In this document: piece by piece, positions 1 to 12,496 of the stretch
Numbering within the stretch: position 1 is the stretch's first letter
Layout of the letters: every line of letters starts with the position of its first letter
Source: Balanoglossus misakiensis
Lineage: Eukaryota; Animalia; Hemichordata
Length of the DNA: 64,000 bases
Direction: 5' to 3'
Assembly (NCBI GenBank): GCA_040954595.2
Contig: CM082587.2
Coordinates: 9,429,403 to 9,493,402, forward strand
Made by a program: the position numbers and the translations under genes
Notes under the pieces: generated by a model
The model's database searches: none
What the model saw: the letters and a program-made list of their open reading frames with translations, nothing else
What the model was told of the DNA's origin: nothing

Positions 1-449
1 TGCCATTTCGGCTTGTACTAACAGTAGACGGCCATGCACATGTTTAATTGGTGCAATGTGATTGGTTCTAACAACAAAACGGTTGGTTCCTACAAAAATG
101 GATGGAGCCTGATAATCTAGATATAGAAGGACACACTGCCTACAGTCTTTCTGGGTGGAGGTACGCTCTGTACCTCGAATGACATACCTTGTTTTATTTT
201 TGGACTAGATGTAACTTTCATGTTAGCATGGCAATGAGCTATTAGTAAACATGCTACCTTTATATTAGGTTATTGCAAGTTTAGTCATTATTTGTCATGA
301 CATAAAATTTCTACTTTCCATGTTGTCTACAGAATCTTCATTACAATTTTCACAGTTACACTGAACTTTTGGCATTAATATTTTCTCTGTTTATGAAAGT
401 GAAACTTGCCTAAGTAGGAATTTACTATGCCATTTATTGAAATTTGCAG

Positions 450-533
450 ATTTATTAAAGAAGAACCTATTCGGCTGGATTCATCTTTGAAGAGATGCAA
501 GAAATTAACAGGCACATTGTTTACACTGAAACG
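450..533 (+). CDS. SRCIN1/KIAA1217-like exon (FIKEEPIRLDSSLKRCKKLTGTLFTLKR)
   Basis: ttgcAG|...CG|GTaag; phase 2-2; carries the family motif. Confidence 0.85.
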
Positions 534-3500
534 GTAAGACAGACTTAATTCTATATAACTTATGCACTGGTTTATAACATTGGTATCTGTTTTAAGAATT
601 ATGTTTTAATAGTTCAAATATGTTTGAGTAGTCAGTACTGAAAACAGCTTGGATGTTGGGATACCTATTGCTGTATTCAATTCAAATAGAAAAAATAGCG
701 TCAAGAACTGTGGTCCCATTTGGGGATTATACAGAAATAGGTGACATTGGCAAGCAGATATGACATAACTAGATAAAAAATATGAAAATGTAAAAAAATT
801 AACTATGCCCAATCAAGTGTCATGTATCATAGCAATCTTACAAGCAATGCTAAAAAAACTGCTTTTTATAAAAAATAGTAAATTCACACTATTGGCTCAA
901 AACATACAAAACTGTGTGAGGTTAACATAAGATACATGCCTACCAAATTTTCAAAACAATCTGACCTGTAGTTGTTGAGTTTCTGAGTTTTGACCAATTT
1001 CACATTTTTCCAGCTAATTTGCATATTTCTGGTAATAACAACTTCATTTGAACAAACTCCCATCTCCATCCCAGCTTGCATCTGCACACCAAATATCAAG
1101 GTGATATGCCAAGCTGTTTTAAGTTTTTGATGTGGGTGGACATCATCCATACATACAGATGCAAATGATTCCATAAGGTCCCATGGTATATATATACATG
1201 TACATACCAAAATGGACCTTAAAATCATTATGATTTAAAATTATTGAATGTAAGGAAATTCACCTTTGCAATTGGGTGAATAAAATGGTTCTTTGATAAG
1301 GTACATTTTCTGGTGGTGCTATATCCACTTTTGTGTGTTGTATAGTATAACTTGAAGGAAAATTCATCCATTTTGATTTATTTGGTAAGGAAAACTTTAT
1401 ATCTTGAAAGTATTTTTTTTTAATTTCAAGGCAGCCTCTGTGGATATTCTTCTGGGTCTGGCAATGTTAGGGGTTGCTTTGACAGATAATCCTCTTGCTT
1501 GTGAAGTGATGCTTCAGAGTCTTGACAGAGAAGATTGCAGTATATTATCGATTACAACTAAAGCTAAAAGTGGCAGCTGTTGGGGCTTGAAGTGGTGATG
1601 AGAATCGTCTTGCAAACTTCCTTGTGGAGTTTTGCCAGAACTATGTGCAGAAGTGTGATGGGGTTGGGGGCAGGGGGGGGGGGGGGTTGGGTGGGAATGT
1701 ATTTGTGAATAACCCTATCCACTGGCAGTGTGTTTCGAACTTCCTCTGATGAATCTGCCGTGCTAGAGTTGCAAATATCAGAAGTTCAGTTGTGACAATG
1801 TGTAACTTTTTATCTTCCCAGGTTGAGCTCTGTGCAGGAGTATCATTCACCAACCCACCTAGCATCACCAAGTGAACAGAAAAACCTCACACCAACAAAA
1901 CAACCTGAGCAGGAAAAACCAACACTGGCAACACCAAGAGTCCTGCAATATCACACATCAGCAACATCTGCTTTTGAGAAGAGACCGAAACTAAACCATG
2001 GAGCTGTCGTTGAAAGTAATCAAAGTGGTGTGAACAATCATAGTCCGTATGTTCTTAGCAACAAAACCAGCAATCGCCCTTTATGGATTCAGAGTTTGCA
2101 GGTATTTATAGATTTACTTTCCATTAGGTTATAGTGCAAGCAGCTTCCTGAACTGTATCTGTCAGAGTTTTTGGTGAGGATTTCCTCTAGGCAGCTTCTT
2201 GGAGGTCAGCCAAGTTCTGCTTTAGCTTCTATCGCCATGATATAGCTTCTGTCTCAATGCTCTAGGTCAATTAGTGTATAAAAGCCAAACCATCATTTCA
2301 GCACATCAATAGATAAGACATGCATTTTCTCCCACCTCCAGATTTGTGTCAAAATCTGTTTTCCATGATGATGGGAAAATGGGGCAAGTACAACATGTAG
2401 AATTGAAATTATCGAGTAATTTATGCATGAATAGTCATACTTACCAGGAGCACCCACGTCCCCTGCAGGTAGTCACAACTGAGTGTGATCCTTGTATCAT
2501 TACCTCACCACTTATTAGTTTTGCCAGTTCTTTTTAATGGCATTTTTGTAGGCACATTGTCTGAAACACAGTCGCACACATCGCGCATCAGCTGACCTTG
2601 CACGCTACAACGCATTCATTGCTCAATGTAGTCAGCTGGGTTCCACGATCACGTCCGATCAATATCAGCCTCAAAGTAGTCGTCACAGTCAGGATTAGTA
2701 ATGGCCTCGATTGGTATAATATCAGTGTCTTCGAAACCGAAATTTGTGTCATTGACGCTGTTGAGAAAATGTCTGGCGAAAAATGTCCCTTATCTTGAAT
2801 TGTGCGTAAATTCACACAGAGTCCCATATATAGCACTCTGTGTGTCCAGCACTTTGGCCCCTCACTCATACAATTTTGACACTCTTATTAGGGACAAAGT
2901 CTCTCTCTCGCTGCCCTTTTTCCATGAATGATGTTTGCTTCAAGACACCGTTTATGTTAATGTACATGTGTATATGTAGTGAATGAACGTTCCCACACAC
3001 AATTTAATCCATCCCACTTGTATGATATGAAGTAAAAACTCGCCCAAAATGAAAAAATGATAGAGCCCGATTAGTCATTTTGGGGAGTTTTTTCACTCTC
3101 GTGTCAGCAAGCAAGATGGAAGGTGTGTGTGTGTGGTTGAACGTTGATTCACTATATATCCACAGGCAGAATAATATACTGGTGTCTTGTATCAAACATT
3201 ATTAATGGAAAAAGGGCAGCAAGTGAGAGACTTTGTCCCTTTAAATACCTCGTTACATGGCTGATGGTAGTCAAGGGGTTAAATGTGACTTCAGGTATCT
3301 TTACTTTAACAGTGTTTGTGTGAAATAGCTATAATCCTTTGTTTGTGGATGTTTTTTAGGTAGCTGACGAATCAAGGCAAGGAATTCGACATTTCACAAC
3401 CCCACAAGAACTTCAGAAGTTTGAGAAAAGTTTACAACTGGGACAAGCACAGCTACATCAAACTAACAATGCAGAAAAGGTTAACAAAAGACACAGAGAA

Positions 3501-6500
3501 CACTTGTACAATATGTATAAACAAGAAGGCCACCATACAATGATACAAGCAAAATCTTCAAAAGTTCCACCCCCTCCCCCACCAAGAAAGAAAGTGTATT
3601 CTCTAAAATCATATTCACCTTCAGTTCAAAGTTCAGGCACCTCTTCTTCAGTCAGCAGAACTGTTGCAGAAAGGGTTGTTGCTCAACCAACTTCACCGAG
3701 TACAAAGACTGTGATTGCATCTGCAGGAGAAGGTATGAGAGGCGTGAATCAACAGAATGCACTGGCCAAAAAGTTAGAGACCCAACCAACCTCAGTAACT
3801 ACAGGTTTTCCCCATGGTGGATCAACTACTTCAAAAATTACAACAACAGTAATTGGGCCTGTAATAGAAAGAGGAGAGTCGGACCCTTTGATCAACGTAA
3901 AATCGAGTACAAAGACCATGATTGGTCCGTCCAGAGCTACCATAACAGTTATAAAATCCCAACCTACTCAACACATCATCAGCAGCAACACAGCAACACA
4001 ACATCAACTGAAACAAGAGCAACCAATGCAAAAAGAAAAGATACAGCAACAGACAATCAGAAAAACAACTGTAACTCAAGAAATGGTAGAGAATACAAAT
4101 GATGGCACCAAGTCAGCAAGTTCGTCTGGTAAGTTTTATAGCTCTGCTGTCAGTGACACAGAGCTTCTCAGATAGGGTGGTTGTTTGTTGTTGTCCACAG
4201 TCTGTCGACAATTGGTAAGAAAAATACTTCTCTGAAACCACTAGTCTGCTAATGTTGAAATTTGGTATGCAGGTTCCTGGGCGTGACCTTAGTAAATTTT
4301 GTTTTAATTTTGGTGAAATTTGAATATTTGTTGTTTTTGGCAATTTATCAACTTGTACACAGCGCATTTTAAAACCGCGCCCTCTCTAGACAACAAAATA
4401 TTTACCATATTTATATGTCGTACCTTGAGAAATATTACGTACTAGTGTTTTGTTTCTAATGCAGCCATCACGACATCACCACCACCAAAACCACCAAGAT
4501 TGTCATCAACAAGCAGTGACACTAATAATGCCACAATGAGAGAACACAAGAAATTGCCACCACCAGTTCCACAAAGAAATTCTTCCATAATATCCTCTGA
4601 GCAATCCATACAACATAGCTATGAAGTACCAGCATATTCGAGCAGTGATTCTCCAGCACAAGGATTACATGGTGTTTCACAACAGAAGATTAAAACGTAT
4701 ACAGTCAAGCAACAATGTAAGTAGATAAAACTGAAAATATGTATGAAAATATGGTTTCTTGTGAATTTTCATATGCCGTCAAGAATTATCCATCGTTATT
4801 AGTTAAACTAACAGTATGAAATGTATGTGCAGGAGAGTGGAAACCTTCCACATTTACATCCAAAAGAAATCTACAGAACTTAAGCAGTACCCTTTGAATG
4901 ACATGTGAATAATCATATCCGTGAAGTTCTGCTCCATGACTTAGTAATGTCAGTTTTTTTCTGTGTTAAATGATTCACGCAATTCATAGGAACATGGTTA
5001 AGTGTTTGGATAATGTTTTTTTTCAGATACAGAACTGAAATGATAAAATTGTATTTCCACTTTAATCAACATATTAACCATCAATTCTTTTTGTTTTCAG
5101 CATTACCCTCAAAAGGAGAGACAATGTTGGTATCACAGAAGCGTCAATCTAAAGAACTTGAGGAGCTCTCTGCAGCCATTGCAGAGTTAGAGACAGTTAC
5201 TCAACAAAAACAAGAGGAGGCACAAAGAATAGAAGGAGAAATTCAGAAGGCCCAACAAAGGTTCAAGCACTGTTTATCACTGACTTCTCAAACAGACACA
5301 CACATTGACTGACAGACAGACGGACTGATAACTAGACATCTACTGGAAGAGTGTACTGACAGAAATTGGACACTGACTCTAAATGTATGCTCAGACAGAT
5401 TTACACACAGTCACAGTTCTTTGTATCATTATATCATTCCAATCTAAAAAGCAAGCAGTATTCTTTCTCACCACAGGCAGTAATGCTTATGCATGGGGGC
5501 TGTTCTGGTCAAAATTATGTTTTATTAATTTGATGTGTTAGAATTAATTTTATATAGACAGCAAGTAATTTTACTAGCGTCTCAAATTAATTTTATGTTT
5601 CTTTGAATTAATTTCTATGTGCTTTAATTAATTTCGTGTAGTCATTCAGAATTAATTTTATGTGTTCTAATTGATTATTTTAGCTTATCGCTGCTGGAAT
5701 TAATTTTATGTAGACTAGAATTAATTTTATGTGTAGTTTATCATGTGTATTGGCATTGCTCTTTCTTGGTCATATACATGATATTCAGATACATATGAAG
5801 CAAAACATTGGGTACCATATATTTTGCGTTTTTCTTAATCCACGATTGACTTACTTTTCTTGTTGAAGTCTAAATTACAAACAGCAGAATGAAAGGTATT
5901 TTGTCCAGGACAAAGACAGTGATGAAAGGGTTCAAACTTCACTTTTTCAGTGATAATTGCTTTAACCGGTTTGCTTTCACTGGTCATGGGTGTCACTCCT
6001 ATCATCACCTCCCATTTCATTCCATTTCAGTCCTGGTGATGATTCCAAGGAAATCAAGACAATACGATTAATCAAATACCAAGTATAAGCTAAAGTCATC
6101 TTATCTCCTGGGACATAGGTCAGTATTTCACATCACAATTCATGCTTACCAAGTAAATCTGTTAATGTATTTCTGGTTTGTTTTTTGTTATAGACAATGC
6201 TTTCACTAATAATTATAATCCCATGATATCTGCAAATGAGCTGGGGAAAATGTGAAATTGGTCAAAACTTAGTAATGCAAGAACTACTCAGACCGGACTC
6301 ACCTGCAGCTACAAGCACATCCACAATCATTGCGTCAATTGTCTTCTTTCCAAATTCCACCTTTCTGTATAACGTACAAGTATGAAATGTTACAGTACAT
6401 GTAGAAAAAAACTTAATCATGTGCCCTGGGTATTATCGTCTGACTAGTCTGACTAGATTGTATTATATTGACAGATCACATAAGAGCCAGAAAAAAAAAG

Positions 6501-6631
6501 AAGAAGATCAGATTGGTGAAGCTTGTCCACACCAAAGAAATAACACTGCATTACAGTCACCCAAGACAACAGTTAATTCCAAGTCATCAAGATGTGATAT
6601 TCGTGTACCATATGAGACTCTCATAATGTAA
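450..6631 (+). CDS. 3' part (6 exons) of SRCIN1/KIAA1217(sickle tail)/CG32809-like coiled-coil scaffold protein; 5' end upstream of window
   Basis: Exons 450-533, 1822-2101, 3360-4128, 4465-4716, 5101-5260, 6475-6631, all with AG/GT ends and consistent phases. The spliced read FIKEEPIRLDSSLKRCKKLTGTLFTLKR|LSSVQE resembles the recalled FLKEEP.RLD..LKRC...T.TL..L.R motif of the SRCIN1/KIAA1217/CG32809 family. It is followed by S/T/P-rich sequence with three PxxPxR motifs and a C-terminal coiled coil. Confidence 0.7.
866..1224 (-). mobile_element. Helentron-type non-autonomous element (DINE/HINE-like), partial
   Basis: Reverse complement of the family 5' end (GGTCC...CCATGGGACCTTATGG, TGTA/TGGA repeat, CACATCAAAAACTT). 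Confidence 0.7.
1822..2101 (+). CDS. SRCIN1/KIAA1217-like exon (LSSVQEY...WIQSLQ)
   Basis: cttcccAG| and CAG|GTattt; in frame with ORF 1823..2134. Confidence 0.8.
2890..3240. mobile_element. TTAA-associated MITE (Kolobok-like), family A
   Basis: TIR AGGGACAAAGTCTCTCTCTCGCTGCCCTTTTTCCAT and its reverse complement; TTAA at right flank; copies at 46038 and 48537. Confidence 0.8.
3360..4128 (+). CDS. SRCIN1/KIAA1217-like large low-complexity exon
   Basis: tttttAG|GTAGCT...TCTG|GTaag; contains ORF 3504..4175 with KVPPPPPPRK. Confidence 0.85.
4465..4716 (+). CDS. SRCIN1/KIAA1217-like exon (PPPKPPR, PPPVPQR)
   Basis: tgcAG| and T|GTaagt; phase 1-1; in frame with ORF 4500..4724. Confidence 0.8.
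5101..5260 (+). CDS. SRCIN1/KIAA1217-like coiled-coil exon
   Basis: ttttcAG|; ELEELSAAIAELE...EIQKAQQR; weak donor AG|GTtcaa, or read-through to stop at 5312. Confidence 0.7.
5510..5735. repeat. Degenerate minisatellite, about 20-27 bp units with core AATTAATTTTATGT
   Basis: About 9 recurrences of aattaattt(t)atg. Confidence 0.7.
6475..6631 (+). CDS. Probable terminal coding exon (SHKSQKKKEED...YETLIM*)
   Basis: gacAG| phase 2 matches donor at 5260; frame of ORF 6419..6631. Confidence 0.55.
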
Positions 6632-6708
6632 TTTTATCACAAGCAACATTAGCAATTATTGGAAAAAAGAACCAAATTTTAACTGCTCTATCAATGACAT
6701 AGAGCTTA

Positions 6709-6853
6709 CAGTGTTCTCCCCAGGAATTTCTGATAGAGTAGCAGCTAATTTGCATAACAATATTAATAATTGTTATGTTTATTAAGTTCTATTGTCTTCT
6801 CAGAATTAAAGAGTAGTGGCCACTATGCTTTAATTGCTCTGGAGAGAACACTG
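6709..6853. mobile_element. Small MITE, TIR CAGTGTTCTC(C/T)CCAG (hAT-like ends)
   Basis: cagtgttctccccag ... ctggagagaacactg; no clear TSD. Confidence 0.55.
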
Positions 6854-7406
6854 GCTTCAGTTAATCATCTGTTATCATCTGTCAACAATGAATTTCCTTG
6901 CAGACACCATTAGTGATTCAGGTTGGATATGTAGTTTTCAGGTTGCTAAGCATTAACACAGATTTATAGCTCTGATTGAAGATATGTATATATATGAATA
7001 GGAGCTTATGGAATAGCATCTCTATGCATGCATGCATGAGTCCAGCCATGCAGAATCTTAGAATCTGCTTTATATCTTTGAAATATGTGTAGAAATCATT
7101 TAGGATCACCTGAGTAAGACTTACAGCGGAACCTCACTTTAACAAAACAACTTTTGTACCAAAGTTCGGTTGTAGCAAACATAAATGCGTCCCCCCCAAG
7201 AATTTTGCATTGTAGATTAGATACCACAAACAATGCACTGCGAACATAAAATGTTTTAAAAGCTGTGAATTTTTGTAGAATCCAGTCACAGACCCTGAAA
7301 TGCTATAAAAAGCATGATCTTACAATGCAACATCTACTTTCGAGAGTATCTCTAGAATAACTACATTGTTCCTTTGAGAACAAGCTTATGTTTACTGAAG
7401 AAGGCT

Positions 7407-7574
7407 TACTGTAAAATACTTTATTTTTGTGAGTTGAAATATCGCCTTCTCTTATTTCATTCACTGCATCGTTATCTTAAAAAAAAATTTACGTGACTTT
7501 TTATTTTCACGCTTTTTGGCTCTCGCGTATTTCGCGAAAATTTATTGCTCGCAAAAATAAAGTGTGTTTCAGTA
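7407..7574. mobile_element. TA-flanked MITE family B (decayed)
   Basis: tactgtaaaatactttatttt...aaaataaagtgtgtttcagta; homologous to 19690-19897. Confidence 0.7.
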
Positions 7575-10337
7575 TTGACAAGTGTTTACCAAAGGTTTGT
7601 CATTGTTGACATATTTGGCTTTGTTTGTCGACCAATCAATTTTTCCCTCATTTCCCAAAAATGCTGGATGATTTCTGTTTGAAATTTGCACCCATGTTGT
7701 GGTTTTTCTTCTAGCTCTCGAGTCAACTTTTGTCATGCTATGACTCGTATTCACTTCAATTACTCCCTAATCTACCACCTGTAGTGTCCATAACAAAAAA
7801 CACAAAAAAAGTGAGAAAATTTGGTTACAATTGATTTTTCGAAGTTAATGTGTTCAAAAACATCTGTTTGTGTCTGTCTTTCTGTTACCACAATATCTCA
7901 AGAAAGGCGAAACAGATTTATACCGAGAATTACCGCACCAAATTTGATGAAGCAATTTTCAGATACACAAGGTTCTGCGAGTTTTGTGACAATTATTTGC
8001 TCATTTGCATATTAAATTAATTTTTGTAATTAGTGCCATGTTTCCAAAATTACTGCGCCTAATTTGATAGAACTCACTAGACATGTTCAGAGAATTTTTT
8101 GACAGTGAATTGGGACATTTACCAATGTTGTGTTAATTAATAGCTAATTTATATATTAAACAGCAAACTTAGTGAAACTTGCCAAAGATATTGCTTTTTA
8201 CATGTAGGTCTGTACTTAAGAAGATTTTGCGCTTCCTGTTCAGTTAACGGTAAATTTGCATATTTCATAAATTTTAGTAATTAGTGATATATTTCTAAAA
8301 GTACTGCATGTAATATGGTGAAACTTGCTACACGTATTGATAGTACAAACATCATTTTGTACCATGAGACTTTTAGTAGTGTCATCTTAATTAACGGCAG
8401 ATTTGCAGAATGAATGAATTTGAGCAATTAGTCCATATAAATCCTAAGATCATGCACCCAAACGTGGTGATACTTGACAGAGATATTGTTTTCGATCACA
8501 TGTATTAGATTGTATTTTAGAGACGATATGCATTTACAAATCATTAATACAAATTTGAATATTTATCGCTAAAACTACTGTACTTAATTTGATAAAAATT
8601 TGCTACAAGTTGCGACTTCAAGTACCAATAACTTGTCAGTGTCACTTCAATGTTCAAAACTTAAAATTTCAGGCAATTGACAGAAACTCTTTTAGCTTTC
8701 AGCCTGTAATGTGATACAAATCAATGTGCTTTCTTCAATCTAAGAGTAAAAATCCTAAACACTATCAACCTGAGATATCCTTAGAAAATGTATGTATGGC
8801 AATAGTATGATCCTTGAACGTTTTTCCATTTTTATATCAATCATAATTTCATATATTATGAATAACTGTACTTTGTGGCAAATATCCCAAAATGTTGTGC
8901 AGTGTTAAGCCAGAGTATTGTAAATGTTAAACATGCATATAGGATGTATTCACACAGGGCATTGGCTTAAGGTTTTGTATTTATTGATTCTGTTAGTTTC
9001 TTTCACATGCAGTAGATAGCATTATAATACATCTGGCACCAAGAACAATAGAATTTGGCGTGCACTAAAAAGGAACACAAGAACTAACGGAGATGTAAGA
9101 TGTATAATAATAAGGTTATTACAAAAATACCACAAAGTATGCCCAACGCGTAGCGGAGGTCGTAATAACCTCATGTTATAAGTATATCATGGGAAATACG
9201 TTTCTGCAGAATTCTGGTAAATGCCAATTCTGTTACTGAATCCTTACCTATGCTATGCACATGGAAAATCAGCTGGACTGGACTTCTCCGTTTAATCTCT
9301 GAAATTACATCATTAGACATGTGACTAAGTATATAATACCACTTTGTATTTTTTTTGCATGCATTTTGAAGTTTATGTGCAGAACAAAAAAGTTATGCAA
9401 AGAGTATTGTGGTTAATTTAAAAATCTCGCCAAAATGAATAAACGGTAAACACCGATTATTCATTGTGTGTGCCTGTGCTGTCTTGATATCTCAAGAATA
9501 CTTGTCACTTATTGATGTTGATTTCGCATACATAAACACTTTCAAAATGTCAAGAACTGATAATACATTGTAGTAGGCGACATGCTAATAAACTTATCAA
9601 GGATATTCGGTATATGCTAATCAGTAATTTAACTGGCATGCTTCCATAGATCTCTGGTGATGTAATTTGAAAGAGTCACAATCTAAAAAGAATGGTAAGC
9701 TCATCCAATAATGAGGTAAATTGTACAAGGTAGCATTCTGTCAGTCATATGACAGATTATAGATTTAGGATCTATTCAAAGGATACAAGATTGAATTTGT
9801 AATTACTTCATATTTATTTTCCATTAGTCTGCTTTCAATGTTATTTTTATGCAGTTTGACTTTTCATTACAATAAATTTTGTAATACCGCAAACCTTCTT
9901 GACTATGACTGACAATGATATATGTGTGTGGTAGTTAGTCTGGTGAAAAATTGGAAACATACTGGACACAACAAATCAATACATTTAGTATATCACACCA
10001 CATGGATTTATCCTTCACAATGGATGTAGCATCCAAACACCTTTTCCTGTGTCCACTTCACACTGTACTAACAACCGTCACTTACCGCACACCTGCAAAG
10101 GGGGGGGGGGAGGGAGGCCAAGTACTCTGCCCTTGTACATTAGAAACAGGAGTTTTGCAGGCTGCGGGCCTAAAAGTATTTTCTTTAAAATGTATTACGT
10201 CCTAATAATTCATTTCAAGAATCGACAAATGTACATTTAGGTATTTTTAAGGGGGGAAAACCCGTAAGTTTTATTCGAGACTTCATAGTATAACACGCCA
10301 CCAACGGCAGACCTGCGACCCTTTCGCCAGTTTACAT

Positions 10338-10479
10338 TAGACTCTCTCACAGCCCAGGCCCTCTATGCAGTCTTATGGTCTGATTGCATGTGTGTCCGGT
10401 GCTTCTCCCTTGCCAAACAGTTGAGGGCGCGTCAGTGAAGAGCCTTGCTGTAGCGAACCATGGGCTGAGAGAGAGTCTA
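10338..10479. mobile_element. MITE with 19-bp TIR TAGACTCTCTCACAGCCCA
   Basis: tagactctctcacagccca ... tgggctgagagagagtcta (1 mismatch). Confidence 0.7.
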
Positions 10480-10818
10480 CAGTATACATGTACTTCTTCA
10501 CAAAGGCTGGACCGTCCACCGGGACGCGGTTGTGAAGTTTAGAGCACAGTCCCTCAATAAAGACGGTCGGGAATCGCCTATTGTTCGGACGTGTGAACGA
10601 GAGGATTTGCTGTAGGATGCGCATTATGGTCACGTGACCATCTTAGAGTTGCGCTTTTTCCTTGGAAGCAAGCGACAGTCGCTCTACTCTACGAAGATTT
10701 TCCCGATATGTTAGTTATGTTTCAAGTATATTTCAATTCAGTACATGAAACTCATTCGACATGTTTTTAATGACACGGGAAATGCACATATTGCGAATCA
10801 ACTGTGGATTGTGGGCAT

Positions 10819-11795
10819 ACACATTTTGTGGGCGTTTCTGGGACCGCTTTAATTTTCGATGCTTTTTTTCTCGATAAATGATACCAAAATCTATGTATGT
10901 TAACTCCAATATATAATGTGTTAGGCAACTATATCGAAAATGAACGTTATATTATGTGCAGAAATCGGTCATTTGCATCGATGTTTGATTTTACACTGAA
11001 ACAAACACATTTTGTGGGCGTGTCTGGGACCGCTTTATTTTCTGACCCTTTTTTCGATGTTTTTTTTTTCTCGATAAATGTTACCAAAAGCTATGTATGT
11101 TAATTCCAATATATAAGGTGTTAAGCAACTATATCGAAAATGAACGTTCTATTATACTTGTGCAGAAATCGGTCATTTGCGTCGATGTTTGATTTTACAC
11201 TGAAACAAACACATTTTGTGGGCGTGTCTGGGACCGCTTTATTTTCTGACCCTTATTTCGATGTTTTTTTCTCGATAAATGTTACCAAAAGCTATGTATG
11301 TTAATTCCAATATATAAAGTGTTAAGCAACTATATCGGAAATGAACGTTCTATTATACTTGTGCAGAAATCGGTCATTTGCATCGATGTTTGATTTTACA
11401 CTGAAACAAACACATTTTGTGGGCGTGTCAGGTACCGCTTTATTTTCTGACCCTTATTTCGATGTTTTTTTCTCGATAAATGTTACCAAAAGCTATGTAT
11501 GTTAATTCCAATATATAAAGTGTTAAGCAACTATATCGGAAATGAACGTTCTATTATACTTGTGCAGAAATCGGTCATTTGCATCGATGTTTGATTTTAC
11601 ACTGAAACAAACACATTTTGTGGGCGTGTCAGGTACCGCTTTATTTTCTGACCCTTATTTCGATGTTTTTTTCTCGATAAATGTTACCAAAAGCTATGTA
11701 TGTTAATTCCAATATATAAGGTGTTAGGCAACTATATCGAAAATGAACGTTCTATTTATATACTTGTGCAGAAATCGGTCATTTGCATTGATGTA
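10819..11795. repeat. Tandem array of about 201-bp units, about 5 copies
   Basis: ACACATTTTGTGGGCG recurs near 10819, 11005, 11209, 11410, 11611; inner units nearly identical. Confidence 0.95.
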
Positions 11796-12039
11796 CCAAA
11801 CTGTTGGATAATTAAAAACAAGCTCATTGGATTCTTTGCATATTTTATTTCTGACCATCTACACTATTTATGTGTCAGTGGGGTATAGGCCCAGGCCGAA
11901 CATAGCGAGAACGCTCGTTTGACGCAAATTCGGGAGTCTAAGCTACTGATTTATCGTTTTTAGTCACTTTACAATTAATAAAAAACTGAAATAGCATCTT
12001 TACAAGCGCCTGTGGTGCCATGCCAAGCTCATGTACAAT

Positions 12040-12130
12040 CTCTGTGCGTAGAATGAGGTCACGTCAACGTCCCTGTCATGTGTCCCACAATCCAGTGCGC
12101 GCACTTCCGTTCTAAACGTCAAACTAATCA
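12040..12130 (+). promoter_or_regulatory. Probable KIF21 proximal promoter
   Basis: CpG-richer stretch 320-410 nt upstream of the ATG, with ACGTCA (CRE half-site) twice and CACTTCCG (ETS-type). TSS not determinable. Confidence 0.35.
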
Positions 12131-12452
12131 GCTGGTGAAGTTCTGTGGTTTGTTAAATGGACGTTTGTCGGAGGACCAATAGTGTGAGTGATTATTTGCG
12201 TTATTACGATTCCAGGAAGTTGGCTGGTTTCTATGAAAAAGCAGCAGTGCCTGAGAACTCGACCAAAAACTGTCAGCCATTATGAATGCTGGATATTGTC
12301 TACCTGAAACTGAATAATCGCACCGACGAACAGGAGTCATGAGAACGCTGTCAATATTGCATAACTTTTAATCAAGTCAGTGGCGTCAGTCAGTTTTCAC
12401 CTAACCTGCATGTTTAGTCCTTGTGCTGTGATATATTCCATACTCGAGAATA

Positions 12453-12496
12453 ATGTCCATGCCGGGTGACGACACCAGTGTCCGTGTAGCCACCAG
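12453..12496 (+). CDS. KIF21: KIF21 exon 1 ([15 protein letters not shown])
   Basis: ATG at 12453, AG|GTgagt; matches KIF21 N-terminus. Confidence 0.88.

Noticed and set aside
2280-3282. piggyBac-like remnant (GGGG-TTAA end at 3275-3282)
   Set aside because: Only one plausible terminus and no convincing transposase motif; too decayed to call.
3749-4079. Antisense ORFs over the large exon
   Set aside because: Shadow frames of the + strand coding exon.
10373-10633. 86-aa minus-strand ORF or structured ncRNA near the KIF21 promoter
   Set aside because: Overlaps a MITE (10338-10479); no recognisable protein or RNA motif.
10819-11795. CRISPR-like array
   Set aside because: Whole 201-bp units repeat with no unique spacers; eukaryotic context and no cas genes.
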